Shown: positions 23,338-35,830 of the stretch, in pieces | How the letters are laid out: each line of letters opens with the position of its first letter | Numbering within the stretch: the first letter of the stretch is position 1 | From: Malacoraja senta | Taxonomy: Eukaryota | Length of the DNA stretch: 64,000 nt | Assembly: GCA_038087875.1 (NCBI GenBank) | Contig: JAXLNO010000471.1 | Coordinates: forward strand, 1-64,000 | Direction of reading: 5' to 3' | The notes under the pieces: model-generated | Database searches by the model: none | What the model saw: the letters and a program-made list of their open reading frames with translations, nothing else | What the model was told of the DNA's origin: nothing | Translations under genes and position numbers: made by a program

Positions 23338-24929
23338 AACCACACTGTATAGAGACAGGCCCTTCGGCCCAACTTGTCCTTGCTGACCAAGATGCCCCTT
23401 CTACACAAGCCCCACCTGTCCACAAGGAGTCATAGAGACGTACAACATGGAAACAGCCCCATCAGCACCACTTGCCCATGCCGAACAAGATGTCCCATCT
23501 ACACTAGTCGCACCTGCCCGTCTTTGCCCATATCCCCTTAAACCTTTCTTATCCATGTACCTGTCCAAATGATTTTTAAATGTTGTTATGGTACCTGCCT
23601 CAAATACCACCTCTGGCAGATTGTACCATATACTCACCACCCTCTGTGTGAAAAAGTTGCCCCTCAGATTTCTATTAAATCCTATTAAATTCCTATTGAA
23701 AGAAATGCAAATTGTGAAGCCAGAGGAAGGAATATAGATAGAAGGGTACAGGGGAAGGGGAGAAATGGGTGTGAGTCCAGGTGGGGCACAGGGAATTGGG
23801 GGGTAGATTGAGTTATTTACATAAAATTGGAAACCCAAAACGTCACCCATCCATGTTCTCCAGAGATGCTGCCTAACCCGCTGATTTACTCCAGTACGTG
23901 TCTTTTTTTAATCATTTCTGTTCCTCAGCTGCAACAATAACCATATAGCTCATGAGCAAAAATCTGCAAATGCTGGAGTTCTCACATTAGGTTTAGGTTA
24001 ATTATTGTCACATATACTAAGCTGCAGTGAACAGCTTTGTTTTGCATGCTGTCCAAATAGATAAGATATTCTATTTATTAATGCAATCAAATCAAATTCA
24101 AGTATAATAGGTAAAGCAAAGCGGAAGAGTACAGATTATAGTTCTCAGCATTGCAGTACATCAATTCCACAGACAAAGTTCAATGGCCACAATTGGTTAG
24201 AGTGAATTAAACAGTACCTTAGCTTATGGAAGGACGGTTGAGATGACTGATAAAAGAGTGGAAGAAGCTGTTCCTGTCTGGAAGTGTGCACTTTCAAGCT
24301 TCTCTATCTCTGTCGGACTGCCAGATAGGAGCAGGGAGAAGAAGGAATGACCGGGGTGGGAAAGGTCTTTGATTATGTTGGCTGCTTTTCCGAGGCAGCA
24401 TGAAGTGTAGATGAAGTCAATGATGAAAAATAGGCATTATTTTAATGAAACAGCATTCAGCACTATACAAAAGACTCCTCGTGTAGTCCAACTTAGGAGA
24501 TGTAACATTTTACATAATTCTTCCGCACTTCAGTTATCTGCTTCTGGAAGTTAATCCTCGTGTTTAGTTAGCTTTTGATGTGACTTTACTGCATTAGAGC
24601 CAGAGAGTAACGCAGCATGGAAACGGCCCTTCGGCCCAACTTTCCCATGCCACCAAGGTACACCAGCTACACTAGCCCCCCTGCCTTTGTTTGGCCCATA
24701 TACCTCTAAACCTTTTGCATCCTTATAATAATTTGTATACTTATGTTAAAATTATTTTGCCCATTATTCATAAATTTAACATGTCTACTAATGTCTTGTA
24801 ATGTTTTTCAATCCTTCTCAATGTGGAATCTTCATTTAAATCTGCTGCTGCTGCAAATTAAGAATTGCTTTTTTGACTTGAAAATCTAAATAATTCATAT
24901 CAATTGTGAGAAAATATTGATGTTATTCA

Positions 24930-25995
24930 GATAGAAACATAGAAACATAGAAAATAGGTGCAGGAGTAGGCCATTCGGCCCTTCGAGCCTGCACCGCCAT
25001 TCAATATGATCATGGCTGATCATCCAACTCAGTATCCTGTACCTGCTTTCTCTCCATACCCCCTGATCCCTTTAGCCACAAGGGCCACATCTAACGCCTC
25101 TTAAATATAGCCAATGAACTGTCCTCAACTACATTCTGTGGCAGAGAATTCCAGAGATTCACCACTCTCTGTGTACATTTTTTTTTCTCATCTCAGTCCT
25201 AAAAGATTTCCCCTTTATCTATACATAGAAACATAGAAACATAGAAAATAGGTGCAGGAGTAGGCCATTCGGCCCTTCGAGCCTGCACCGCCATTTGATA
25301 TGATCATGACTGATCATCCAACTCAGTATCCCATCCCTGCCTTCTCTCCATACCCCCTGATCCCTTTAGCCACAAGGGCCATATCTAACTCCCTCTTAAA
25401 TATAGCCAATGAACTGGCCTCAACTACCTTCTGTGGCAGAGAATTCCACAGATTCACCACTCTCTGTGTAAAAAATTATTTCCTCATCTCGGTCCTAAAA
25501 GTCTTCCCTCTTATCCTTAAACCGTGACCCCTAGTTCTGGACTTCCCCAACATCGGGAATAATCTTCCTGCATCTAGCCTGTCCAACCCCTTAAGAATTT
25601 TGTAAGTTTCTATAAGATCCCCCCTCAGTCTTCTGAATTCCAACGTGTACAAGCCGAGTCTATCCAGTCTTTCCTCATATGAAAGTCCTGCCATCCCAGG
25701 AATCAGTCTGGTGAACCTTCTCTGTACTCCCTCTATGGCAAGAATGTCTTTCCTCAGATTAGGAGACCAAAACTGTACGCAATACTCCAGGTGTGGTCTC
25801 ACCAAGACCTTGTACAACTGCAATAGAACCTCCCTGCTCTTATACTCAAATCCTTTTGCTATGAATGCTAACATACCATTTGCTTTCTTCACTGCCTGCT
25901 GCACCTGCATTCCTACTTTCAATGACTGGTATACCATGACACCCAGGTCTCGTTGCATCTCCCCTTTTCCTAATCGGCCACCATTCAGATAATCT
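24930..25995 (-). mobile_element. Two tandem CR1/HER1 3' fragments (24930-25220 and 25224-25995), same subfamily as 14.25 kb
   Basis: ORF 25476-25958 is nearly identical to the C-terminus of the 566-aa ORF. Both pieces end in (ctatgttt)n. Confidence 0.9.
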
Positions 25996-26329
25996 GACCT
26001 TTAAACTGTGACCCCTTCCTTAAACTGTGACCTCACCTATCAATGTTTAGTGTATAATTTTGCTATCTTTAATACTATGTTATGTTTCCTGTCTATTAAT
26101 TGACTGTCTATTCATTTAACCTATATGCTCTGGTCTTGCAATACCTTATACAATAACCATTATTATCCTAAACCAAATTTATAATTTTAGGAACTAAGGC
26201 CCAGATGTTCCCCTTATTTTGCTATGCTTTTTTTTCACTTAATTAAATTCTGATTAATTTGATGAAGCACCAGCGTTATTCGACCTACCATAGTTTCTGA
26301 TGGACTACTTAAACTGTTCTCTGTTGTAA

Positions 26330-26620
26330 CCGTGGCGCAGCTGGTAGAGCTGTTGCCTCACAACGCCAGAGACTCGAGTTCTATCCTGACCTCCGGCACT
26401 GTCTGTGCAGAGTTTGCACGTTCTCCCTGTGACTGTGTGGGTGTACTGGTTGCCTCCCACATCCCCAAAACGTGCAGGTTTGTAGACTACTGTCTGTAAA
26501 ATTGCCTCTAGTGTGAGAGTAGATGAGAAAGTTGGATAACATCGAACAAGTGTGAAAGGGTGATCGATGGTCGGCATAGACTTGGTGGGCTGAAGAGCCT
26601 GTTTCCATGCTGCATCTTAA
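26330..26620 (+). mobile_element. HE1-like SINE
   Basis: gtggcgcagctggtagag A-box, gagttctatcc B-box, core and tail. Confidence 0.8.
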
Positions 26621-27785
26621 TGTTGAAATTTTGCTTGTTGACTGTTTCTTGCTCGAAATGTGAGTGTATCCATGCAGTATCGCTAAAAAAAATTGATTTA
26701 CACCAAGTAGTAAACGATAAGTATTTGAAATTCCTACGCTCTGTTGCCAATTGTTGCTTCAGCCAAGAAACATCAGAGAACTGGGTCAGTCCATGTAATT
26801 ATGCACAATTGTTTTATATCAAATACTGTAAAAGTCATACCAAAATAATTTACCTTAAGCAATAATCATGGATAGCATGTCATTTACTGCTTGAATTTAG
26901 GAGAATATTACAAAAGTACTAAAAACAATGTAGGACCAATTCACTGAGAAGATTAATTCAGTCCTCAAAGCCTTGAGCATTTTACATAATTACCTTATGT
27001 TAGCTGTTTTTCCCTATTGTCATGGTCAGGTGTAAACTTATTATGTAGTAGAAAACAAATTAGCTTAGTATCTCCATTAGATACACTGGAAAGATGATTT
27101 TCAATGTGACCCAATTCCCTTCTGTCATTTCATAGAGGAGGCTAAATTGAATCCAGCACAAAGTTTGGAAAGTCTTTTTATGGATAAAATAGGATCAGGC
27201 ATAGATGACATTTGGTTTGATTTGGCAAAATTTACATGTTGATGAATCATAGATGCTGGTGAATTCTTAGTCTCTCCCTATTGACTGACATTTCTTCATA
27301 GGTTGTGTTCAGAAGTCTGATAACAAGGGAAGAAGCTGTTGCTGAATCTGGTGGGGCACACTTTCAAGCTTCTGTATCTTCCACTTGATGGAAGAGGGGA
27401 GAAGAGGGAATGACTGGGGTGGGAAAGGTCCTTGGTTATGTTGGCTGCTTACCCGAGGCAAAGTGAAATGTAGACGGAGTTAGGGGTAAGTTAACGTGTC
27501 ATGGAAAGTTTGCACAATGTTGCTATCACAATGTTTAACAAACAATTAGACAGGTACATGATTAAGACAGGTTTGAGGGATACTAGACTAAGTGGGACCC
27601 GTTGGATCCCATGTTCACACGGGAGGGCTGGTCCCCCAACGCAATATTCCACCTCTCCACCAATTCCAATATTGGTGGCCAGTGTCGGGGGGGGGGGCTT
27701 TCTGGAGCGCTAGTATGTGTGTTGTGGGCCGAAGGGACTGGTTTCCAGAGGGCTAGTATGGACATTGAGGGCCGAATGGATTCTT

Positions 27786-28005
27786 GGGCTGGCAGCTCAG
27801 TCACTCAGGCCTGATGGGGTGGCAGCTCAGTCACTCAGGCCTGGTGGGCTGGCAGCTCAGTCACTCAGGGCTGGTGGGCTGGCAGCTCAGTCACTCAGGG
27901 CTGGTGGGCTGGCAGCTCAGTCACTCAGGGCTAGTGGGCTGGCAGATCACTCAGGGCTGGTGGGCTGGCAGATCAGTCACTCAGAGCTGGTGGGCTGGCA
28001 GTTCA
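27786..28005 (+). repeat. 30-bp minisatellite (~7 copies) inside the Helitron
   Basis: gggctggcagctcagtcactcagggctggt tandem units. Confidence 0.9.
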
Positions 28006-28026
28006 CTCATGGCTATTCCTTGAAAC

Positions 28027-28262
28027 AGCATTTCAGGCAGAGTGCAGGCCACCAAACTCAATTTCACAGCATTTCAGGCAGAGTGCAGGCCACCAAACTC
28101 AATTTCATAGCATTTCAGGCAGAGTGCAGGCCACCAAACTCAATTTCACCGCATTTCAGGCAGAGTGCAGGCCACCAAACTCAATTTCAAAGCATTTCAA
28201 GCAGAGTACAGGCCACCAACTCAATTTCACAGCATTTCAAGCAGAGTGCAGGTCACCAAATT
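28027..28262 (+). repeat. 41-bp minisatellite (~6 copies) inside the Helitron
   Basis: cagcatttcaggcagagtgcaggccaccaaactcaatttca tandem units. Confidence 0.9.
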
Positions 28263-29164
28263 GCCAAAGAACTCATTGCAGTCCCTTCGGCCCACAACTC
28301 ATTGCATTGTCATTAAGGGCTAACAAATCATTTATTGCAAGTATATTGCAGACTCACAGTTCAGTTGATTCACAGATTAGAATCACAGTTGTGGACTCTC
28401 CCTCGTGATCTTCCAGAGTGACTGACTCACGTCCAGGCATCCGGGGTTTTATAGTCCTGCCTCCCCCCCCGGAAGGGGAGTTACCTTCATCGTGGTGATT
28501 GACAGGCAAGAGGACCAATCAGCTGATCTCAAGATTTTTTAAACACTCATAACTTTTTTATTTTTCATCGATCGGAAAAATCCTCGGGGCTGCCTCAGCG
28601 GAGGAGGACTGTGAGTAAGATGGCCAAAGATTATAGCGATATATGGTAGCGTTTTTTCTAAAATCAATATATAGCACAGACAGGAAGTGGTCTAGATGAG
28701 CTTTTTAGTTATATAGATGGACCAACAGCAGGCAGGTGGGACTAGTGTAGATGGGGCAGGTTGATCAGCATGGCCAAGTTGGACCGAAGGGCCAGCTTCC
28801 ACGCTGTATGACTCTATGATTCTGTTAGCACCAAATGACTCCGATTGAAAGTACAGAAGAGGAGCATAGATGGGAAGATTGATGTAAATTTATACCGAAG
28901 GGCTTGGATGGTTTTCCAGTGTAGCTGATGGAATACATGAGATGTCAAAGAACATGGAAGTATTAATTTTCAACCTCATGCAGGATTCAATGCCAGGAGC
29001 AAATAATTCCCATTCTTTTTGCGGTACTCTCTCTGGTTATCTATGCTTCTAGGACTGACGGAGCAGGTTTCTGTTTCCACGGGACTCAGCCAAAGGCTAT
29101 CAAGAGTCTTTGTGGCTCAGTGGCAAATCAGTCCCATCGCAACTGAACTCCATTTGCTGCCACC

Positions 29165-29776
29165 TGGAAGTGGTGCCTCACTATGCCAAAGACCCAAGTC
29201 AAACCTGAACTTGGGTGCTGTCAGTGTGTGGTGTTGCACGTTCCCTCTGAGACCTGCGCGGATTTCCTCTGGGCGCTCCGGTTTCCTCCCACATCCTAAA
29301 GACGTGTGGGTTTGTAGGTTATTTGGCTTCTGTAAATTGCCCAAGTGTGTAGGGAGTGGATGAGAAAGTGGGATAACAGAGAACTAGTGTGAACGGGTGA
29401 TTGATGGTTGGCGTGGACTCGATGGGCCAAAGGGCCTGTTTCCATGCCGTATCTTTCAATCAATTACTGTCTTCAAATAAGTTTTTCTATCTTTGGTTCA
29501 GTTTAGTTTTATAGAAACAGTGTGAAAACAGGCCCTTTGGTCCACTAAGTCCATGCCGACCAGCGATTGCCTGTACACTAGTTCTTCGCTACACACTAGG
29601 GACAATTTTCAGTAGGCAATTAACCTAAAAACTGCACATTTGGAGTGTGGGACAAAACCCACGTGGTCACAGGGAGAACGTACAAACTCTGTAGGGACAA
29701 CACTCATAGTCTGGATCAAACCCAGGTCCCTGGTGCTGTAAGGCAACAACTCTACCACTGTGCTGCCATGACGCCC
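29165..29776. mobile_element. Tail-to-tail pair of HE1-like SINEs (29165-29465 plus; 29495-29776 minus)
   Basis: Both show the SINE core and CR1-type tail, in opposite orientation. Confidence 0.75.
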
Positions 29777-29939
29777 TAAATATCAAATCCCCATTCACTC
29801 TCATCTTGCACTATAAGCGGCAGAAGTAAGGATTGAACCTGGGTTTGTTGAAGCTGAGAGGCAGCGGCTCTACCCCTTGATTCACTGCGAACATGATGTA
29901 TTAAATTCACAATGGAAAAAAGCTACAGGTCCAAGGACA

Positions 29940-30005
29940 ATGAGATTTTAAAAGCAACCATCCGAGAAGATGTTGCTTTTTGGATGGTTGCTTTTAAAAT
30001 CTCAT
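29940..30005. repeat. Perfect 24-bp inverted repeat (66-nt hairpin)
   Basis: atgagattttaaaagcaaccatcc (29940-29963) and ggatggttgcttttaaaatctcat (29982-30005). Confidence 0.9.
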
Positions 30006-30082
30006 GGATAAAAGCAGAAAATCACGACAAAGGCAGAAGGAATTCCGTTATCAAAAGGTGTTACCAGGAACTAATAGAATAA

Positions 30083-30496
30083 AGGGCCTGTCCCACGAGC
30101 ATGCGACTCCATGCGGCAAGCGCGACCTAACGTGGTCACTTGATCCGTACGGCCTCGCGGGGCCGGTCCCACTTCGATCACCGGAGCCGTATGGAGTTGT
30201 GCGGAGCTGGTCGCGGGGCTCTGAAAAACGGATTTTTCGAAAAACTTTTTCGAATTTTTGTATTCCGCGCGGCAACGGCCTGCAGGCCCGCAGCCGCCTC
30301 GACGCCGTGCACACCGCCTCGACGCCGTGCGCAGCATCTTGACGCCATACGCAGCGTCTTGAAGCCATACGTCACCCGCGAACTTCCCACGGACTTCGCT
30401 CGAACTTCACGTCACTCACTCCACCTCCGCGCGGCCCCCGCTTCCGGTTTGGTCGCGCTTGCCGCATGCAGGTCGCATGCTCGTGGGACAGGCCCT
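30083..30496. mobile_element. PIF/Harbinger-type MITE (414 bp)
   Basis: ~45-bp TIRs AGGGCCTGTCCCACGAGCATGCGAC..; TAA TSD at 30080-30082 and 30497-30499; CpG-rich body. Confidence 0.85.
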
Positions 30497-32404
30497 TAAG
30501 TAGAGAGAAACTTCTATTTGTTGAAGAGTCTTAAACTGGAACACATAATATGGGAGTTAGAGTGAGAGTGCATTGTAGAAGTATAGATTGGAAGGGTTTG
30601 GATGGATATGGGTCAAACATGAGTAAATAGGACTAGCATGAATGGGCATCTTAGTCAGCCTGGATGAGTTGGGCCGAAGGGTCTGTTTTCCTGCTGTATG
30701 ACTTTATGACTCTAACTGTTGGGATGATATTTTTATGGCATAATTCTCAATTAGAACTGACATTTTACAAGTTAAATCAGTAGTTAGGAAGGCAAATGCA
30801 ATGCTAGCATTTATTTTGAGAGGACTAAATTGTAAAATCATAGATGTAACGCTGATGTAACGCTGAGCTGTGGAGGCTGTCAATGGATATTTTTAGGGCT
30901 GAGATTGACATATTCTTCATTAGTAATGGTATCAAAGGTTACTGGGAGAAGGCAGAAGAATGGGATTGAGAGGGAAAGATAGATCAACCATGATTGAATT
31001 GCAGAGTAGACTTGATGGGCCAAATGGCCTAATTCTGCTCCTATAATTATGAACTTATGACCTACACTTTATTCATAGCTGGAGAATTAGTGCTATGTAT
31101 CAGTTAATGGTGTATATTTATAGACAAAGCCATTCAACTCAATATAAAGGAGAATGGTCACCCAGAACATTCAAAGTATGAAAACACTCCGCATAATACA
31201 ATGACTGGTGGGCTCATGGGTGTTCTAAGTCTAATTGTCCTGAAAAAATTGATTTGGTCAATCATGCAAACATGTTTTGATGCGGAAAGTTATGCGAATA
31301 ATCAGTATTTTGAAGGGCTGGTCAATGGGTTTATTACTAACAATCAGTTGAATAAATGGCTGGATGTCACTAAGCGCAATGTTTATTGGAGAAGTTTTCT
31401 TTTTTTTTGCACTCTTAAATTCAAGTTTTTGTGCACCTTGTGTGTTGTGACTGTTGGCAGACCAATTTCGTACCGGAGATGAATAAAGTTTTATCGTATC
31501 GTATCATAACAATTGAGTAAAACTCTGTAGTAATTGTGCAAAAATTAAAGAAGGAAAAGAGGGTATTTTCCTGAAAACATTTTGTTTTGATCAGGTGATC
31601 ATTTGGTCAGATTTTGCTGCTTCAGGCTATTTTAAGCAATGCTTTTCCAAGAAAATGCTGAAACAAGTATTTCTATATTCACGGAGCAAGTAGTGGAAAT
31701 ATTCTATGTGCATGACTTTTAACCTTCTGTGAATACAGTGATTTATTGAGGGATCTATGCCAAGTGGATAACTTAAGCAGAGCATTATTCACTATTCAGT
31801 GAATGAACTTGTATGATGATGCCTCCCTGTCTGGGACACAACATTCTAGCACAACGGTATTGTGAAACAGTCTGAAGAAGGGTTCCGACCCAAAACGTCG
31901 CCTATCAATGTCCGCTAGAGATACTGCCTGACCCGCTGAGTTACTCCAGCACTTTGTTTACTACGCAAGATTCCAGCAACTGCTGTTCATTGTGTTTAGT
32001 CTTTAAATCATTTTCATTCAGCCCCTGAGAAAGAGAAAGAGAGAAATGTGTGTTTGAGTTTGGGGGGGAGGGGGGAGTGCTAGGGTTGTTTCATTCACCA
32101 CCATAGGGAAAGTGACTGAAAATTGTTATATTTATAATATTTCTTCATGCAATTGCCATAAGTGTGTCAGTTTTTTGAACATCCCAGGACTCAAAGTGAA
32201 TCCTATCCACATACCTGTCCAAATGTCTCTTAATGGAGAGGGTGTAGTCTGGAGAACCATTGGAGTACACACACACCAAGTTCTCCCAGACCAGGGTAAA
32301 TTAGCAGGACCACCTATTGAAAGTAATCGTCACTGGGAGAGAAAAGAAACCAACCAAAATAAGATGAGTTGTTGAAATGGGGAAGAAGATTCACAGGAGG
32401 AATG

Positions 32405-32712
32405 GCAGGGTGACACCGTGTACAGTTGATAGAGTTGCTGCCTCACAGCTCCAGAGACTGGGTTTGATCCTGACCTCAGCTGCTGCCTGTGTGGAGTTTG
32501 CACCTTCTTCCTGGACCACATGGTTTCCTCCTGGTGCTCCCGTTTCCTGCCACATCCCAAAGATGTGCGGGCATGGAGGTTAATTGGCCTCTGTAAATTG
32601 CCCCTAATGTGTAGGTAGTGGGTGAAAAAGTAGGACTAGTGTGAGTAGGTGATCGATGGTCAGCAAAGAATCGGTGGGCCAAAGGGCCTGATTCCATGCT
32701 GTATCTCTCAAA
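32405..32712 (+). mobile_element. HE1-like SINE
   Basis: tRNA-like head, core and CR1-type tail. Confidence 0.8.
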
Positions 32713-33267
32713 CAACACCCCAACTTAGGAAGAATGCTCTTAAAACAATTATTTTGCCTGGATATCAGAGATGAACATAATCAAGGTAAATGTGCCTCAC
32801 CATGCATGATTTTCCACCTGCTCCAAATACATCTCCAACAGTAGGAGAAGGATAGCATGGCTGTAGACTGTGAAGAGGACTATGGCTGTGAAAATCTGTT
32901 TAAGAATGGTAATTTTATGTAATTTCCATTTCCTTGACGCAAGCTGACGGAATGAGAGTGAGGGTTTGCAAAGTTCGAGGTTGCCACATCCAAGTTTATC
33001 TTAAATCAGGAATTCCATTTCCTTGTTGTACCTAACGTCTGCGTACCTGAAATCCTGGCACCTGAAGTGATACCTTCATTATGCGGCTGCCCATGGGAGA
33101 CAAACCTGCAGCAAAAACATTTTAACTCAAATCAACCAACATTAAATCAGGCAATCAGCTATGTTGCAAACTTACTTCAAATGCAAGAATTGACCAGTAG
33201 GTCTATTTAAAAGATCTTTTAAATTGAACGTTTAAAATAGTTGTCTGGACCTAGTCCACTGTGTTGG

Positions 33268-33452
33268 AAAACATCTGGACCTAATGAACCTAATGATGTA
33301 GGTGGTCGTGTTCTCAAAACCTGTGCGGTCAAACTGGCTGAAGTTTTTTGCAGACATCTTCAACCTCTCATCACTGAGGTTTGAGGTTTCCACCTCCTTT
33401 AAAAGGCCATCAATATTACCAGTGCCCAAGAGACTGACATGCCTCAATGAGT
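33268..33452 (+). mobile_element. Rex1/Babar RT fragment
   Basis: KTSGPN..GRVLKTCA..FADIFNLSSLRFEVSTSFKRPSILPVPK..TCLNE. Confidence 0.7.
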
Positions 33453-33739
33453 CCCCATCTGGATGGTGTAGGCACATTGGGCTGAAGGGCCTGTTTCCAC
33501 ACTGTATCACTCTATGACTCTATCTATGGCAATTTATTTTATTGGAATATCAAAAAGCTCTATGTTTTCCTTTTGCATGAGCCTAATCAATCCCAATGCT
33601 TCCAAGGTCCTAACACCTCAAACACTACAGTCTATCCAGCATTGCACAGAAGTGTTGAAGTCAAAGCCAGTTTGGATTATGCTGACCAAAACGGCCTTCT
33701 TCAGAACTAACCTGCAAAAGGATAGTTTGCAGAACTAAC

Positions 33740-34200
33740 CAGCAAGCCGCGCCTGGTGAAAGAAATCCCAGCGAGCCACGGCCCATCCCAACGGCAGGCC
33801 TGGCTCACCTGGTGCAGAACCGGGAACCTGCCCAGAGAGGAGGATGGAGGGGAATGGTGGCGGAAGCTGAACAAAGGGCCCGATAAGAAGAACCGGAGAG
33901 TCTTACCTTCTGTGCCGTAAAGGTCAGCTGCGAAAGGCGCCCCCCGGAGAGGACTGTGCAAGGAGAGGGACAACAGTTCGCAGGATGACTGGAATGGAGG
34001 CGACGGCTGCAATGGGCTTTTGTGGCCAGCTGCAGCTGGGACTATAAAATGCCACCAAAATGGTGCCTCTTCCACATAGACTCAGTGATCTGTACATTCT
34101 GTACTAACCAGGGGATTGTGCTTATGTATAGTGATAGGCTTGCTGAGCTGTATGCAAAAAATGTATTTCACTGTACCTTGGTACACGTGATAATAAAAAA
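33740..34200 (+). mobile_element. Unclassified GC-rich non-autonomous retroposon with Rex1-type tail (second copy on minus at ~51420-51800)
   Basis: Shares gtggccagctgcagctgggact(a/g)taaaatg, gctgaacaaagggcc and gactcagtg with the reverse complement of 51.4-51.8 kb. Ends tttcactgtaccttggtacacgtgataataaa. Confidence 0.65.
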
Positions 34201-35454
34201 ATATTGAATCATTGAAGTCTTCTAACTGCAACTAGAAGTAAGATCTCCATCATTTGTCATTTGTTTTGGGAAATTGAAATTAAGAGAGGCATTAATATCA
34301 AACCTATCAAGGCGTGATTTTCTTAGAGAATTTTACAGCTAAGGAAATACTTTTGAAATGTTATCTCTGTGCAGTGTCATCATTGCAAATGTCAATTTGC
34401 ACACATAACAATTGGGTTCTACATGCAATTTACTGGCACAATTCCAGGTGAGGGTATTCTCTGCTGCATTTAGATTGTTATGTGTAAAAACCACCCTTAA
34501 GTTCACAACAAATTCATTCAGTAGAAAAGATTCTGAGGCATAATCCTTGTTCAGAGTTCAGTCAGTTCTTTAATATAACCATCTTTGGAGGTTAATATCC
34601 AACTTTGCTGTTAAGCAATATTTCCCCCAATTATGAATATGGTAATAACAATGAACTGCAGATGCTGATTTACCAAAGAAAGACACAAAATGCTAGAGTA
34701 ACTCAGGAGGTACGATACGATACAATACAATACAATACGATAGAACTTTATTTATCCCAGGAGGGAAATTGATCTGCCAACAGTCATAAAACATAAATTA
34801 CATGGAACATGAAATCTAAACTGATGAGTGGAAAGGATTGGGGATGTGCAAGATAAAGATTGGGGAGGGGGGTGAGGAGGGGAGTCAGTCTACCCCACGA
34901 CAAAAGGGGGATAGTCAGTCTATCCCACGACAAAATGATCTGTGGCATTCTGTACTGCATCATTCTGTACTGGTCAGGTAGCATCTCTGGAGAACATGGA
35001 TAGAGGACATTTCGGGTCAGGACCCTTCTTTGGTAAGACAGGATGAAATACAAATTCTTTGAGTTAGCATTGGTTCCACTGCTTTTCTTGTTCCTGCTGT
35101 TATTTCTTCATAGGCGAGTAAATTATTTGTGTGGGATCCCAAAAGCTATAATAAAGAGATAATGGGGGCTAAGATGGGTGTGATCACCCTTTGCCCTTTT
35201 GATCTAGTGTAAGCAGAATAGTACCTTAGAACAGACTTTCATAATCTCTGTGTGCACTCAGTGCCAACCATCATTGGTTTGGACAAAAATGCTATACAAG
35301 CACTTTGTAAATCCATCCTCCAGTGCTATAGCTCTTTAAAAAAAGTTGCATTATAGCTGTTGCAACTCTTGCTTCTTGACTTGACTCCCTTGTTAAACAT
35401 TTAGATGTTCTTTTGACTTACATTTCCAGTATTCATTTTTTTCTGTCCTTTTTA

Positions 35455-35830
35455 ATGATGCAGCATGGCAAGAGGACCTTCGGCCCACCGAGTCCATGCT
35501 AACCATCGATCATCCATTCACACCAGTTGTATGTTACCCCACTCCTTTGCATCAGGGGCAATTTACAGAGGCCAATTAACCTACAGACCCACCCGCACTT
35601 CTTTGGGATGTGGGAGGAAACTGGAGCACTCGTAGGAAACACTCGGACACGGAAGAACGTGCAAACTCCACAGACATACAGCACCCACGGTCAGGATCGA
35701 ACCCGGCAAAATGGTACTGTGAGGGCACAGTGCCTTTACGTGCAGACTTTGTACAGGCAGCACCCAAGGTCAGGATCGAACCGGGGTCTCAGGTGCTTTG
35801 AGGCAGCAGCTCCACAAGCTGCACTATTGT
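35455..35830 (-). mobile_element. HE1-like SINE with duplicated head
   Basis: Two ggtcaggatcgaacc (B-box) segments at ~35690 and ~35770, then the core and tail on the minus strand. Confidence 0.7.

Larger units (their letters stand above)
27583..28717 (-). mobile_element. Non-autonomous Helitron (1135 bp)
   Basis: Minus strand starts TC (A|TCTATATAACTAAAA) and ends with hairpin TGGGATCC-AAC-GGGTCCCA, 6 nt, then CTAG|T. Inserted between A and T without TSD; removal restores CR1 sequence gagggata/tggacc. Confidence 0.85.

Noticed and set aside
26330..26400. tRNA-like sequences (A and B boxes) here and in similar copies
   Set aside because: These are SINE heads followed by the HE1-type core and CR1 tail; no complete cloverleaf.
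27786..28262. Regular 30-bp and 41-bp repeats as a CRISPR array, and ORFs 27717-28316 and 27784-28023 as genes
   Set aside because: Units are contiguous with no unique spacers, the context is eukaryotic with no cas genes, and the ORFs are by-products of stop-free minisatellite units.
32950..33110. Minus-strand exon-like segment after tttttgctgcag
   Set aside because: Short frames with no recognisable protein similarity.
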